Origin: Centroscyllium fabricii
Taxonomy: Eukaryota
Direction of reading: 5' to 3'
NCBI GenBank assembly: GCA_051313645.2
Contig: JBNRSN020000031.1
Coordinates: forward strand, 6,696,001-6,760,000
DNA: 64,000 nucleotides
Shown here: positions 28,001 through 41,000 of the stretch, piece after piece
Layout of the letters: each line of letters begins with the position of its first letter
How positions within the stretch are numbered: the first letter of the stretch is position 1
Notes under the pieces: model-generated
What the model was told of the DNA's origin: nothing
What the model saw: only the letters and a program-made list of their open reading frames with translations
Databases searched by the model: none
Made by a program: the position numbers and the translations under genes

Positions 28001-28156
28001 CCAGACCATGGAGCACCTCCTTCGATGTCCTCTGTTAGGTGGACCCTGCACAGCAAAGGACCTAGCACTCTACAACATCAAGGGACAGCAATGTACCAAG
28101 CACTGGTTGGACGTTATATAAGCTGAATAGCTTTGTATATGGACACGAAGAAGAAG
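25054..28156 (+). mobile_element. Non-LTR retrotransposon, single ORF, Vingi/Ingi-like (I group), copy 1
   Basis: 3103 bp of non-satellite sequence: an 80-bp 5' leader, a 995-aa APE-RT-CCHC ORF, a 25-bp 3' UTR, a GAAGAAGAAG tail (28147-28156) and a 12-bp TSD. No ORF1 or recognisable RNase H, which matches Vingi architecture. Confidence 0.95.
25134..28121 (+). CDS. Retrotransposon polyprotein: AP-like endonuclease + reverse transcriptase + C-terminal CCHC motif (995 aa)
   Basis: APE motifs SANMEG, LCLQETH, SVYKPP, IGDFNSH, PDL, QHRPI. RT motifs FRPISLL, QTGFR, FVDLSAAYDTV, GLPQGSVLAP, YADD (27087-27098), YLGV. C-terminal CDCGTEPQTMEHLLRC (27981-28028). The frame is uninterrupted. Confidence 0.97.
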   Translation: MPGDRSRRRCQKLGSSSRPALTVLSANMEGLSAAKQDLLAAICKEMQCDVLCLQETHRGSENNRPAIPKMTMAIERPHRQYGSAIFIKTDSVIEATAKTEVNNIEILTVEFSRAMVTSVYKPPNVEFTFTNPLPNPHNKAQIVIGDFNSHNTQWGYTETNSDGEAVEEWMDANQLSLIHDPKQLSSFNSARWKRGSNPDLVLTSNNIAGSSKKLVLDVIPRTQHRPIGVQIQAAVVPTTVPFRRRFNFKKANWEEFTQELDHKARYIKPLPENYCLFIKAVQKTARRKIPRGCRMNYIPGLTPENAELYNDYITMFESDPFSEETITTGEQLMISISQERQNTWNTLIETTDMSKNSKKAWALIHKLGGNPKTTKEHCNTTAEQVAHQLLLNGKGPKKRQQKAKLDRKTYHANPGFTRPFTMTELETGIHSLKPGKAVGLDNIATEQIKYFGEQTKVWLLNLFNNCMATHKLPNIWLKAHVLALLKPGKDPSYPKSFRPISLLCHTYKLFERLILNRIAPSIDEKIIPEQTGFRPGKSTTSQLVNLTQHIEDGFERGQITGAVFVDLSAAYDTVNHRRLLCKILEITKDTDLTELMEAMLQNRRFYVELGGKRSRWRNQKNGLPQGSVLAPLQYNIYTNDQPRDDVTRRFAYADDLCITAQGTDFISIEETLNDALSGLTTYYEESHLRANPAKTQVCAFHLRNKEAKRQLNVSWCGIPLSHSEHHVYLGVTLDRCLTFKTHIMKTKAKVSTRNNILRKLANTRWGACPKTLRATALALSFSTAEYASPAWERSTHAKKLDPALNESCRCITGCLKPTNTNDLYILAGIAPPDIRRAVASRTERRRQTTDERHPLHGHVPAPSRLKSRRSFLTSTAPLETTPSEARLKMWKEKLSKHPHTSTMLIPPAETLPPGDNNWAKWKCLNRLRSGVGRSREALSRWGYLSGPTTCDCGTEPQTMEHLLRCPLLGGPCTAKDLALYNIKGQQCTKHWLDVI

Positions 28157-31100
28157 ACCTATTATATTCAATTAATCAAATGCTGAGTTATCATTGGCCT
28201 GCAGGTATCTGTAAGAACTGCCTATTATATTCACGTAATCACATGCTGAGTTATCATTGGCCCACACATCTGTAAGGACTACCTATTATATTCACGTAAT
28301 CACATTCTGATTTATCATTGCCCACAGGCATCTGTAAGGACAACCTATTATATTCACGTAATCACATGCTGAGTTATCATTGCCCTACTGGCATCTGTAT
28401 GGACTACCTATTACATTTACATAATCACATGCTGAGTTATCATTGGCCCACAGGCATCTGGAAGGACTACCTATTATATTCACGTAATCACATGTTGAGT
28501 TATCATTGGCCCACAGGCATCTGTAAGGACTACATATTATATTCACGTAATCACATGCTGAATTATCATTGCGCACAGTCATCTGTAAGGACTACCTATT
28601 ATATTCACGTAATCACATGCTGAGTTATCATTGGCCCAATGGCATCTGTAAGGACTACTATTGTATTCACTTTACCACATGCTGAGTTATCATTGGCCGC
28701 AGGCATCTGTAAGGACTACCCATTATATTCACGTAATCACATGCTGTGTTATCATTGGCCCATAGGCATCTGTAAGGACTACTATTGTATTCAAGTAATC
28801 AAATGCTGAGTTATTATTGGACTGCAGGCATCTGTAAGGACTACTATTGTATTCACGTAATCACATGCTGAGTTATCATTGGCCCACAGGCATCTGTAAG
28901 TCTACCTATTATATTCACGTATTCACATGCTGAGTTATCATTGGCCCACAGGCATCTGTAAGGACTACCCATTAAATTCACGTAATCACATGCTGAGTTA
29001 TCATTGGCCCACAGGCAACTGTAAGGACTACTATTGTATTCACGTAATCAAATGCTGAGTTATTATTGGACTGCAGGCATCTGTAAGGACTACTATTGTA
29101 TTCACGTAATCAAATGCTGAGTTATCATTGGCCCACAGGCATCTGTAAGGACTACTATTGTATTCACGTAATCACATGCTGAGTTATCATTGGCCCGCAG
29201 GCATCTGTAAGGACTACCTATTATATTCACGTAATCACACGCTGAGTTATCATTGGCCCACAGGTATCTGTAAGGACTACTATTATATTCACGTAATCAC
29301 ATGCTGAGTTATCATTGGCCCACTGGCATCTGTAAGGACTACTATTGTATTCACGTAATCAAATGCTGAGTTATCATTGGCACACAGGCATCTGCAAGGA
29401 CTACTATTGTATTCACGTAATCACATGCTGAGTTTTTTATCCGCAGGCAGTGCGCCTACTGAACGGCTAACGGCAACTGTTATTATCTGTTATTAATTGT
29501 TTTTTTTTATACTTACACTTGTTCTACTTTTACTCGTGCTTTTTTCTTTATAAGTGTGGGAGTGAACGGGGAGTAAGCATTCCATTGTACTTGTTACATA
29601 TGGCAAATAAAGGATCTTGTATCTTGTATCTTGTATCTTGTATCATTGGCCCGCAGGCATCTGTAAGGACTACCTATTATATTCACGTAATCACATGCTG
29701 AATTATCATTGGACCAAAGGCATCTGTAAGGAGTACCTATTATATTCACGTAATCACATGTTGAGTTATCATTGGCCCACAGGCATCTGAAAAGACTACC
29801 TATTATATTCACGTAATCACATGCTGAGTTATCATTGCCCAGAGGCATCTGTAAGGACTACCTATTATATTCACGTAATCACATGCTGAGTTATCATTGG
29901 CCCACTGGCATCTGTAAGGACTACTATTGTATTCACTTAACCACATGCTGAGTTATCATTGGCCGCAGGCATCTGTAAGGACTACCCATTCTATTCACGT
30001 AATCACATGCTGAGTTATCAATGGCCCACGGGCATCTGTAAGGACTACTATTGTATTCACGTAATCTAATGCTGAGTTATCATTGGCCTGCAGGCATCTG
30101 TAAGGACAACTATTATATTCACGTAATCACATGCTGAGTTATCATTGGCCCACAGGCATCTGTAAGGAGTACCTATTATATTCACGTAATCACATGTTGA
30201 GTTATCATTGGCCCACAGGCATCTGAAAAGACTACCTATTATATTCACGTAATCAGACGCTGAGTTATCATTGGCCCACAGGCATCTGTAAGGACTACTA
30301 TTATATTCACGTAATCACATGCTGAGTTATCATTGGCCCACTGGCTTCTGTAAGGACTACTATTGTATTCAATTAATCAAATGCTGAGTTATCATTGGCC
30401 CACAGGCATCTGTAAGGACTACTATTGTATTCACGTAATCACATGCTGAGTTATCATTGGCCCGCAGGCATCTGTAAGGGCTCCTATTATATTCACGTAA
30501 TCACATGCTGAGTTATCATTGGCCCACAGGCATCTGTAAGGACTACCTATTATATTCACGTAATCACATGCTGAATTATCATTGGCCCACAGGCATTTGT
30601 AAGGGTTACCTATTATATTCACGTAATCACATGCTGAGTTATCATTGGCACACAGGCATCTGTAAGGACTACCTATTATATTCTCGTAATCACATGCTGA
30701 ATTATCATTGGCCCACATGCATCTGTAAGGACTATGTATTATATTCACGTAATCACATGCTGAGTTATCATTGGCCCACAGGCATCTGTAAGGACTACCT
30801 ATTATATTCACGTAATCACATGCTGAGTTATCATTGGCCCACAGGCATCTGTAAGGACTACCTATTATTTTCACGTAATCCCATGCTGAGATACCATTGG
30901 CCCACAGGCATCTGTAAGGACTACCTATTATATTCACGTAATCACATGCTAAGTTATCATTGGCCCACAGGCATCTGTAAGGACTTCCTATTATATTCAC
31001 GTAATCACATGCTGAATTATCATTGGCCCACAGGCATCTGTAATGACTACCTATTATATTTACGTAATCACATGCTGAGTTATCATTGGCCCGCAGGCAT

Positions 31101-34100
31101 CTATAAGGACTACCAATTATATTCACGTGATCACATGCTGAGTTATCATTGGCCCACAGGCATCTGTAAGGACTACTATTGTATTCAATTAACCAAATGC
31201 TGAGTTATCATTGGCCCACAGGCATCTGTAAGGACTACTAATGTATTCACGTAATCACATGCTGAGTTATCATTGGCCCGCAGGCATCTGTAAGGACTAA
31301 CTATTATATTCACGTAATCAGACGCTGAGTTATCATTGGCCCACAGGCATCTGTAAGGACTACTATTATATTCACGTAATCACATGCTGAGTTATCATTG
31401 GCCCACTGGCATCTGTAAGGACTACTATTGTATTCAAGTAATCAAATGCTGAGTTATCATTGGCCCACAGGCATCTGTAAGGACTACTATTGTATTCACG
31501 TAATCACATGCTGAGTTATCATTGGCCCGCAGGCATCTGTAAGGGCTCCTATTATATTCACGTAATCACATGATCAGTTATCATTGGCCCACAGGCATCT
31601 GTAAGGACTACCTATTATATTCACGTAATCACATGCTGAATTATCATTGGCCCACAGTCATTTGTAAGGGCTACCTATTATATTCTCGTAATCACATGCT
31701 GAGTTATCATTGGCCCACAGGCATCTGTAAGGACTACCTATTTTATTCACGTAATCACATGATGAGTTATCATTGGCCCACAGGCATCTGTAAGGACTAC
31801 CTATTATATTCCCGCAATAATATGCTGAGTTATCATTGGCCCATGGGCATTTGTAAGGTCTACCTATTATATTCACGTAATCAAATGCTGAGATATCATT
31901 GGCCCACAGGCTACTGTAAGGACTACCTATTATACTCAGGTAATCACATGCTGAATTATCATTGGCCCACAGGCATCTGTAAAAACTACCTATTATATTC
32001 ACGTAATCACATGCTGAGTTATCATTGGCCCACAGGTATCTGTAAGGACTACCTATTATATTCACGTAATCACATGCTGAGTTATCATTGGCCGACTGGC
32101 ATCTGTAAGGACTACTATTGTATTCACGTAATCTAATGCTGAGTTATCATTGGCCTGCAGGCATCTGTAAGGACAACTATTATATTCATGTAATCACATG
32201 CTGAGTTATCATTGGCCCACAGGCATCTGTAAGGACTACCTATTATATTCACGTAATCACATGCTGAGTTATCATTGGCACACAGGCATCTGTAAGGACT
32301 ACCTATTATATTCACGTAATCACATGCTGAATTATCATTGGCCCACAGGCATCTGAAAGAACTACCAATTATATTCACGTGATCACATGCTGAGTTATCA
32401 TTGGCCCACAGGCATCTGTAAGGACTACCTGTTATATTCTTGTAATCTCACGCTGAGTTATCATTGGCCCACAGGCATTTGTAAGGACTACGTATTATAT
32501 TCACGTAATCACATGCTGAGTTATCATTGGCCCACAGGCATCTGTAAGGACTACCTATTACATTCACGTAATCACATGCTGAGTTATCATTGGCCCACAG
32601 GCATCTGTAAGGACTACCTATTATATTCACGTAATCCCATGCTGAGATACCATTGGCCCACAGGCATCTGTAAGGACTACCTATTATATTCACGTAATCA
32701 CATGCTGAATTATAATTGGCCCACAGGCATCTGTAATGACTACCTATTATATTTACGTAATCACATGCTGAGTTATCATTGGCCCGCAGGCATCTGTAAG
32801 GACTACCAATTATATTCACGTGATCACATGCTGAGTTATCATTGGTCCACAGGCATCTGTAAGGACTACTATTGTATTCAATTAACCAAATGCTGAGTTA
32901 TCATTGGCCCACAGGCATCTGTAAGGACTACTAATGTATTCACGTAATCACATGCTGAGTTATCATTGGCCCGCAGGCATCTGTAAGGACTACCTATTAT
33001 ATTCACGTAATCAGACGCTGAGTTATCATTGGCCCACAGGCATCTGTAAGGACTACCTATTTTATTCACGTAATCACATGATGAGTTATCATTGGCCCAC
33101 AGGCATCTGTAAGGACTACCTATTATATTCCCGCAATAATATGCTGAGTTATCATTGGCCCATGGGCATCTGTAAGGTCTACCTATTATATTCACGGAAT
33201 CAAATGCTGAGATATCATTGGCCCACAGGCTACTGTAAGGACTACCTATTATACTCAGGTAATCACATGCTGAATTATCATTGGCCCACAGGCATCTGTA
33301 AAAACTACCTATTATATTCACGTAACCACATGCTGAGTTATCATTGGCCCACAGGTATCTGTAAGGACTACCTATTATATTCACGTAATCACATGCTGAG
33401 TTATCATTGGCCCACTGGCATCTGTAAGGACTACGTATTATATTCACGTAATCACATGCTGAGTTATCATTGGCCCACAGGTATCTGTAAGGACTACCTA
33501 TTATATTCACGTAATCACATGCTGAGTTATCATTGGCCCACAGGCTTCTGGAAGGACTACCTATTATATTCACGTAATCACATGCTAAATTATCATTGGA
33601 CCAAAGGCATCTGTAAGGACTACCTATTATATTCACGTAATCACATGCTGAGTTATCATTGGCCCACAGGCATCTGTAAGGACTACCTATTATACTCACG
33701 TAATCACATGCTGAGTTATCATTGGCCCACAGGCATCTGTAAGGACTACATATTATATTGACGTAATCACATGCTGAATTATGATTGGCCCACAGGCATC
33801 TGGAAGGACTACCTATTATATTCACGTAATCACATGCTGAGTTATCATTGGCCACAGGCATCTGTAAGGACAACCTTTTATATTCACGTAATCACATGCT
33901 GAGTTATCATTGGCCCACAGGCATCTTTAAGGACTACCTATTATATTCACGTAATCAAATGCTGAGTTATCATTGGCCTGCAGGCATCTGTAAGGACTGC
34001 CTATTATATTCACGTAATCACATGCTGAGTTATCATTGGCCCACAGGCATCTGTAAGGACTAACTATTATATTCACGTAATCACATGCTGAGTTATCATT

Positions 34101-37100
34101 GGCGACAGGCATCTCTAAAGACTACCTATTATATTCACGTAATCACATGCTGAGTTATCATTGGCCCACAGGCATCTGTAAGGACTACCTTTTATATTCA
34201 CGTAATCACATGCTGAATTATCATTGGCCCACAGGCATCTGTAAGGACAACCTATTATATTCACGTAATCACATGCTGAGTTATCATTGGCCCACAGGCA
34301 CCTGTAAGGACTACCTATTATATTCACGTAATCACATGATGATATATCATTGGCCCACAGGCATCTGTAAGGACTACCTATTATATTCACGTAATCACAT
34401 GCTGAGTTATCATTGGCCAACAGGCATCAGTTAGGACTACCTATTATATTCACATAATCACATGCTGAATTATCATTGGCCCACAGGCATCTGTAAGGAC
34501 TACCTATTATATTCACGTAATCAAATGCTGAGTTATCATTGCCCACTGGCATCTGTAAGGACTACCTATTATATTCACGTAATCACATGCTGAGATATCA
34601 TTGGCCCACAGGCATCTGTAAGGACTACCTATTGTATTCACGTAATCACATGCTAAGTTATCATTGGCCCACAGGCATCTGTAAGGACTACCTATTATAT
34701 TCACGTAATCACATTCTGAATTATCATTGGCCCACAGGCATCTGTAAGGACTACCTATTATATTCCCGTAATCATATGCTGAGTTACCATTGGCCCACAG
34801 ATATCTGTAAGGATTACCTTTTATATTCACGTAATCACATGCTGAGTTATCATTGCGCACAGGCATCTGTAAGGACTACCTATTATATTCCCGCAATAAT
34901 ATGCTGAGTTATCATTGGCCCATGGGCATCTGTAAGGTCTACATATTATATTCATGTAATCAAATGCTGAGATATCATTGGCCCACAGGCAACTGTAAGG
35001 ACTACCTATTATATTCAGGTAATCACATGCTGAATTATCATTGGCCCACAGGCATCTGTAAAAACTACCTATTATATTCACGTAATCACATGCTGAGTTA
35101 TCATTGGCCCACAGGCATCTGTAAGGACTACCTGTTATATTCACGTAATCCCATGCTGAGTATTCATTGGCCCACAGGCATTTGAAAGGACTACCTATTA
35201 TATTCAAGTATTCACATATTGAGTTATCATTGGCCCACAGCCATCTGTAAGGACTACCTTTTATATTCACGTAATCACATGCTGAGTTATCATTGGCCAA
35301 CAGGCATCTGTAAGGACTACCTATTATATTCACGTAATCATATGTTGAGTTATCATCGGCCAACAGTCAGCTGTAAGGACAACCTATTGTATTCAATGAA
35401 TCACATGCTGAGTTATCATTGGCTCACAGGCATCTGTAAGGACTACCTATTATATTCACGTAATCACATGCTGAGTTATCATTGGCCCACAGGCATCTCT
35501 AAGGACCACCAATTATATTCACGTAGTCACATGCTGAGTTATCATTGGCCCACAGGCATCTGTAAGGACTACCTATTATATTCACGTAATCACATGCTGA
35601 GTTATCATTGGCCCGCAGGCATCTGGAAGGACTACCTATTATATTCACGTAATCACATGCTGAATTATCATTGAACCAAAGGCATCTGTAAGGTCTGTCT
35701 ATTATATTCACGTAATCACATGCTGTGTTATCATTGGCCACAGGCATCTGTAAAGACTACCTATTATATTCACGTTATCACATGCTGAGTTATCATTGGC
35801 CCACAGGCATCTGTAAGGACTACCTTTTATATTCACGTAATCACATGCTGAATTATCATTGGCCCACAGGCATCTTTAAGGACTACCTATTATATTCTCG
35901 TAATCAGATGCTGAGTTATCATTGGCCCACAGGCATCTGTAAGGACTACCTTTTATATTCACGTAATCACATGCTGAATTATCATTGGCCCACAGGCATC
36001 TGTAAGGACTACCTATTATATTCTCGTAATCACATGCTGAGTTATCATTGGCCCACAGGCATCTGTAAGGACTACCTATTATATTCACGTATTCACATGC
36101 AGAGATATCATCGGCCAACAGTTATCTTTAAGGACAACCTATTGTATTCAAGTAAACACATGCTGAGTTATCATTGGCCCACAGGCATCTGTAAGGACTA
36201 CCTATTATATTAACGTAATCACATGCTGAGTTATCATTGGCCCACAGGCATCTGTAAGGACTACCTATTATATTCACGTAATCACATGCTGAATTATCAT
36301 TGGCCCACAGGCATCTGTAAGGACAACCTATTATATTCACGTAATCACATGCTGAGTTATCATTGGCCCACAGGCACCTGTAAGGACTACCTATTATATT
36401 CACGTAATCAAATGCTGAGATATCATTGGCCCACAGGCATCTGTAAGGACTACCTATTATATTCACGTAATCACATGCTGAGTTATCATTGGCCCACAGG
36501 CATCAGTTAGGACTACCTATTATATTCACATAATCACATGCTGAATTATCATTGGCCCACAGGCATCTGTAAGGACTACCTATTATATTCACGTAATCAA
36601 ATGCTGAGTTATCATTGCCCACTGGCATCTGTAAGGACTACCTATTATATTCACATAATCACATGCTGAGATATCATTGGCCCACAGGCATCTGTAAGGA
36701 CTACCTATTATATTCACGTAATCACATGCTAAGTTATCATTGGCCCACAGGCTTCTGTAAGGACTACCTATTATATTCACGTAATCCCATGCTGAGTATT
36801 CATTGGCCCACAGGCATTTGGAAGGACTACCTATTATATTCACCTATTCACATATTGAGTTATCATTGGCCCACAGCCATCTGTAAGGACTACCTTTTAT
36901 ATTCACGTAATCACATGCTGAGTTATCATTGCGCACAGGCATCTGTAAGGACTACCTATTATATTCCCGCAATAATATGCTGAGTTATCATCGGCCAACA
37001 GTCACCTGTAAGGACAACCTATTGTATTCAATGAATCACATGCTGAGTTATCATTGGCTACAGGCATCTGTAAGGACTACCTATTATATTCACGTAATCA

Positions 37101-38032
37101 CATGCTGAGTTATCATTGGCCCACAGGCATCTGTAAGGACTACCTATTATATTCACGTAATCACATGCTGAGTTATCATTGGCCCACAGGCATCTGGTAG
37201 GACTACCTATTATATTCATGTAATCACATGCTGAATTATCATTGGAACAAAGGCATCTGTAAGTACTACTATTGTATTCACGTAATCAAATGCTGAGTTA
37301 ACATTGGCCCACAGGCATCTGTAAGAACTACCTATTATATTTACGTAATCACATGCTGAGTTATCATTGGCCCACAGGCATCTGGAAGGACTACCTATTA
37401 TATTCAGGTAATCACATGCTGAGTTATCATTGGCCCGCAGGCATCTGGAAGGACTACCTATTATATTCACGTAATCACATGCTGAATTATCATTGGACCA
37501 AAGGCATCTGTAAGGACTACCTATTATTTTCACTTAATCACATGCTGAGTATTCATTGGCCCACAGGCATCTGTAAGGACTACCTATTATATTCACGTAA
37601 TCACATGCTGAGTTACCATTGGCCCACAGGCATCTGGAAGGACTACCTATTATATTCACGTATTCACATGCTGAGTTATCATTGGCCACAGGCATCTGTA
37701 AGGTCAACCTATTATATTCACGTAATCACATGCTGAGATATCATTGGCCCACAGGCATCTGTAAGGACTACCTATTATATTCACGTAATCACATGCTGAG
37801 TTATCATTGGGCCACAGGCATCTGTAAGGACTACCTATTATATTCACGTAATCACATGCTGAGTTATCATTGGCCCACAGGCATCTGGAAGGACTATCTA
37901 TTATATTCACGTAATCACATGCTGAGTTATCATTGGCCACAGGCATCTGTATGGTCAACCTATTATATTCACGTAATCACATGCTGAGTTATCATTGGCC
38001 CACAGGCATCTGTAAGGACTACCTATTATATT
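28157..38032. repeat. 63-bp tandem satellite array, block 2 (interrupted at 29435-29640)
   Basis: Same monomer and orientation, resuming at the right TSD of LINE copy 1. Confidence 0.99.
29435..29640 (+). mobile_element. 5'-truncated LINE 3' end, Rex1/Babar-like (L2/CR1 group), copy 1
   Basis: 29435-29470 translates FYPQAVRLLNG*, resembling the SF(F/Y)PxAxRLLN C-terminus of Rex1/Babar/L2 ORF2. It is followed by a T-rich 3' UTR, CATTCCATTGTAC...TACATATGGCAAATAAA and a 7-bp microsatellite tail (ATCTTGT)4 at 29614-29641. Confidence 0.8.
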
Positions 38033-41000
38033 ATGTTTAAACTAATTCTGCCACCACCATATACGCAAAGGATCTATCTCAGCGAAAAACGTCTGACAAA
38101 GCGACCAACATCATGCCCGGAGACCGAAGCAGACGTCGGTGTCAAAAACTCGGGTCTTCTTCAAGACCGGCACTGACTGTTTTGTCTGCAAATATGGAAG
38201 GGCTGTCAACAGCGAAACAAGATCTACTCGCTGCGATTTGCAAGGAAATGCAATGCGACGTCCTATGCCTACAAGAGACACATCGCGGCAGTGAAAACAA
38301 TCGCCCTGCGATACCCAAAATGACTATGGCAATTGAAAGACCACATCGCCAATACGGAAGTGCCATCTTCATCAAAACGGACTCAGTCATAGAAGCTACA
38401 GCTAAAACGGAGGTAAACAACATCGAAATTCTAACGGTAGAGTTTAGCAGAGCCATGGTCACCTCTGTGTATAAACCTCCAAATGTAGAATTCACTTTCA
38501 CAAATCCCCTACCAAACCCGCATAACAAGGCGCAGATTGTAATCGGAGACTTCAACAGTCACAACACCCAATGGGGGTACACTGAAACTAATTCTGATGG
38601 AGAAGCAGTGGAGGAATGGATGGACGCCAACCAGCTTAGCCTCATCCACGACCCGAAACAGCTGAGTTCCTTCAACAGTGCTAGATGGAAGCGGGGATCC
38701 AACCCAGACCTTGTATTAACAAGCAATAACATCGCTGGCTCCAGTAAGAAACTTGTTTTGGATGTAATACCAAGAACGCAACACCGCCCCATTGGTGTCC
38801 AGATACAAGCTGCAGTGGTACCAACCACTGTCCCATTTAGAAGACGCTTCAATTTTAAAAAGGCAAACTGGGAAGAATTCACACAAGAACTGGATCATAA
38901 GGCCAGATACATCAAACCACTCCCAGAGAATTACTGCCTGTTCATCAAAGCAGTTCAGAAAACAGCTAGAAGGAAAATCCCCCGAGGATGCAGGATGAAT
39001 TACATCCCTGGCCTAACCCCTGAGAATGCTGAACTTTATAATGACTACATCACCATGTTCGAATCTGATCCCTTCTCCGAAGAAACAATAACAACAGGAG
39101 AACAGCTGATGATCAGTATCTCCCAAGAGCGCCAAAACACCTGGAATACTCTGATAGAGACAACGGACATGTCAAAGAACAGCAAGAAAGCATGGGCTCT
39201 CATTCACAAACTCGGAGGAAATCCGAAGACAACCAAAGAACACTGCAACACCACTGCTGAACAAGTTGCCCACCAACTGCTGCTGAATGGAAAAGGCCCT
39301 AAGAAACGACAACAAAAAGCCAAACTAGACCGAAAAACGTACCATGCAAACCCAGGCTTCACAAGACCTTTCACTATGACTGAACTGGAAACAGGAATAC
39401 ATAGTTTGAAACCAGGGAAAGCAGTTGGTCTGGATAACATCGCAACAGAGCAGATCAAGTACTTTGGAGAACAAACAAAGGTATGGCTCCTCAACCTATT
39501 CAATAACTGTATGGCTACACATAAGCTTCCAAACATCTGGCTCAAGGCACATGTACTAGCACTCCTGAAACCAGGGAAGGACCCGTCTTATCCTAAAAGT
39601 TTCCGGCCAATCTCACTTCTATGTCACACATACAAGCTGTTTGAGCGCCTGATACTGAACAGGATTGCACCATCCATAGACGAGAAGATCATCCCAGAGC
39701 AAACAGGGTTCCGTCCAGGCAAATCGACAACCAGCCAACTCGTCAACCTCACTCAACACATTGAGGATGGATTTGAGAGAGGACAGATTACCGGTGCTGT
39801 TTTCGTGGACTTGTCTGCTGCCTACGACACAGTCAACCACAGACGACTCCTATGTAAGATCCTGGAGATCACAAAAGACACCGACCTAACAGAGCTAATG
39901 GAAGCCATGCTCCAGAACCGCAGATTCTACGTCGAATTAGGTGGAAAACGTAGCAGATGGCGCAACCAGAAGAATGGCCTCCCACAAGGCAGCGTGCTTG
40001 CCCCACTTCAGTACAACATCTATACAAACGACCAACCCAGAGATGATGTCACCCGTCGTTTTGCATATGCAGATGACCTGTGCATCACCGCCCAAGGAAC
40101 AGACTTCATTAGTATTGAGGAAACGCTCAACGACGCCCTCTCAGGATTAACAACCTACTATGAAGAGAGCCATCTACGTGCCAACCCAGCAAAAACACAA
40201 GTATGCGCTTTTCACCTGAGAAACAAGGAAGCTAAGCGCCAACTGAATGTGTCTTGGTGTGGAATACCACTGTCACACTCTGAGCACCCTGTCTACCTCG
40301 GAGTCACACTCGACAGATGCCTTACATTCAAAACCCACATCATGAAGACAAAGGCAAAAGTGAGCAACCGCAACAACATCCTGCGCAAACTCGCCAACAC
40401 CAGATGGGGTGCATGTCCCAAGACACTACGTGCCACAGCCCTTGCCCTCAGCTTCTCTACTGCAGAATATGCCAGCCCAGCGTGGGAAAGATCCACCCAT
40501 GCTAAAAAACTGGACCCCGCTCTTAACGAGAGCTGCAGATGTATCACTGGGTGCCTGAAGCCCACTAACACCAACGACCTGTACATCCTGGCAGGTATCG
40601 CCCCTCCAGACATCAGAAGAGCGGTAGCCAGCAGGACAGAGCGGCGCAGGCAAACCACAGATGAGAGGCACCCCCTACATGGCCATGTACCTGCCCCCAG
40701 CCGACTAAAATCACGGAGAAGTTTCCTGACCAGCACTGCTCCACTGGAGACAACACCATCTGAAGCCCGCCTTAAAATGTGGAAGGAAAAGCTGTCCAAA
40801 CACCCACACAGCTCGACTATGCTCATCCCCCCTGCTGAAACCCTCCCACCAGGAGATAACAACTGGGCAAAATGGAAGTGCTTGAACCGACTCCGCTCAG
40901 GTGTTGGCCGTTCCAGGGAAGCCCTAAGCAGATGGGGTTATCTTAGTGGCCCAACCACATGTGACTGTGGCACAGAACCCCAGACCATGGAGCACCTCCT

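Noticed and set aside
25134-28121. Bacterial RT system (retron, group II intron, DGR, or RT associated with a repeat array)
   Set aside because: The N-terminal APE domain, C-terminal CCHC motif, TSD and simple-repeat tail identify a eukaryotic non-LTR retrotransposon. Nothing shows the RT generating the satellite.
29519-29701. 60-aa ORF MFYFYSCFF... (also at 42812 and 46771)
   Set aside because: A chance frame through a T-rich 3' UTR, the microsatellite tail and satellite.
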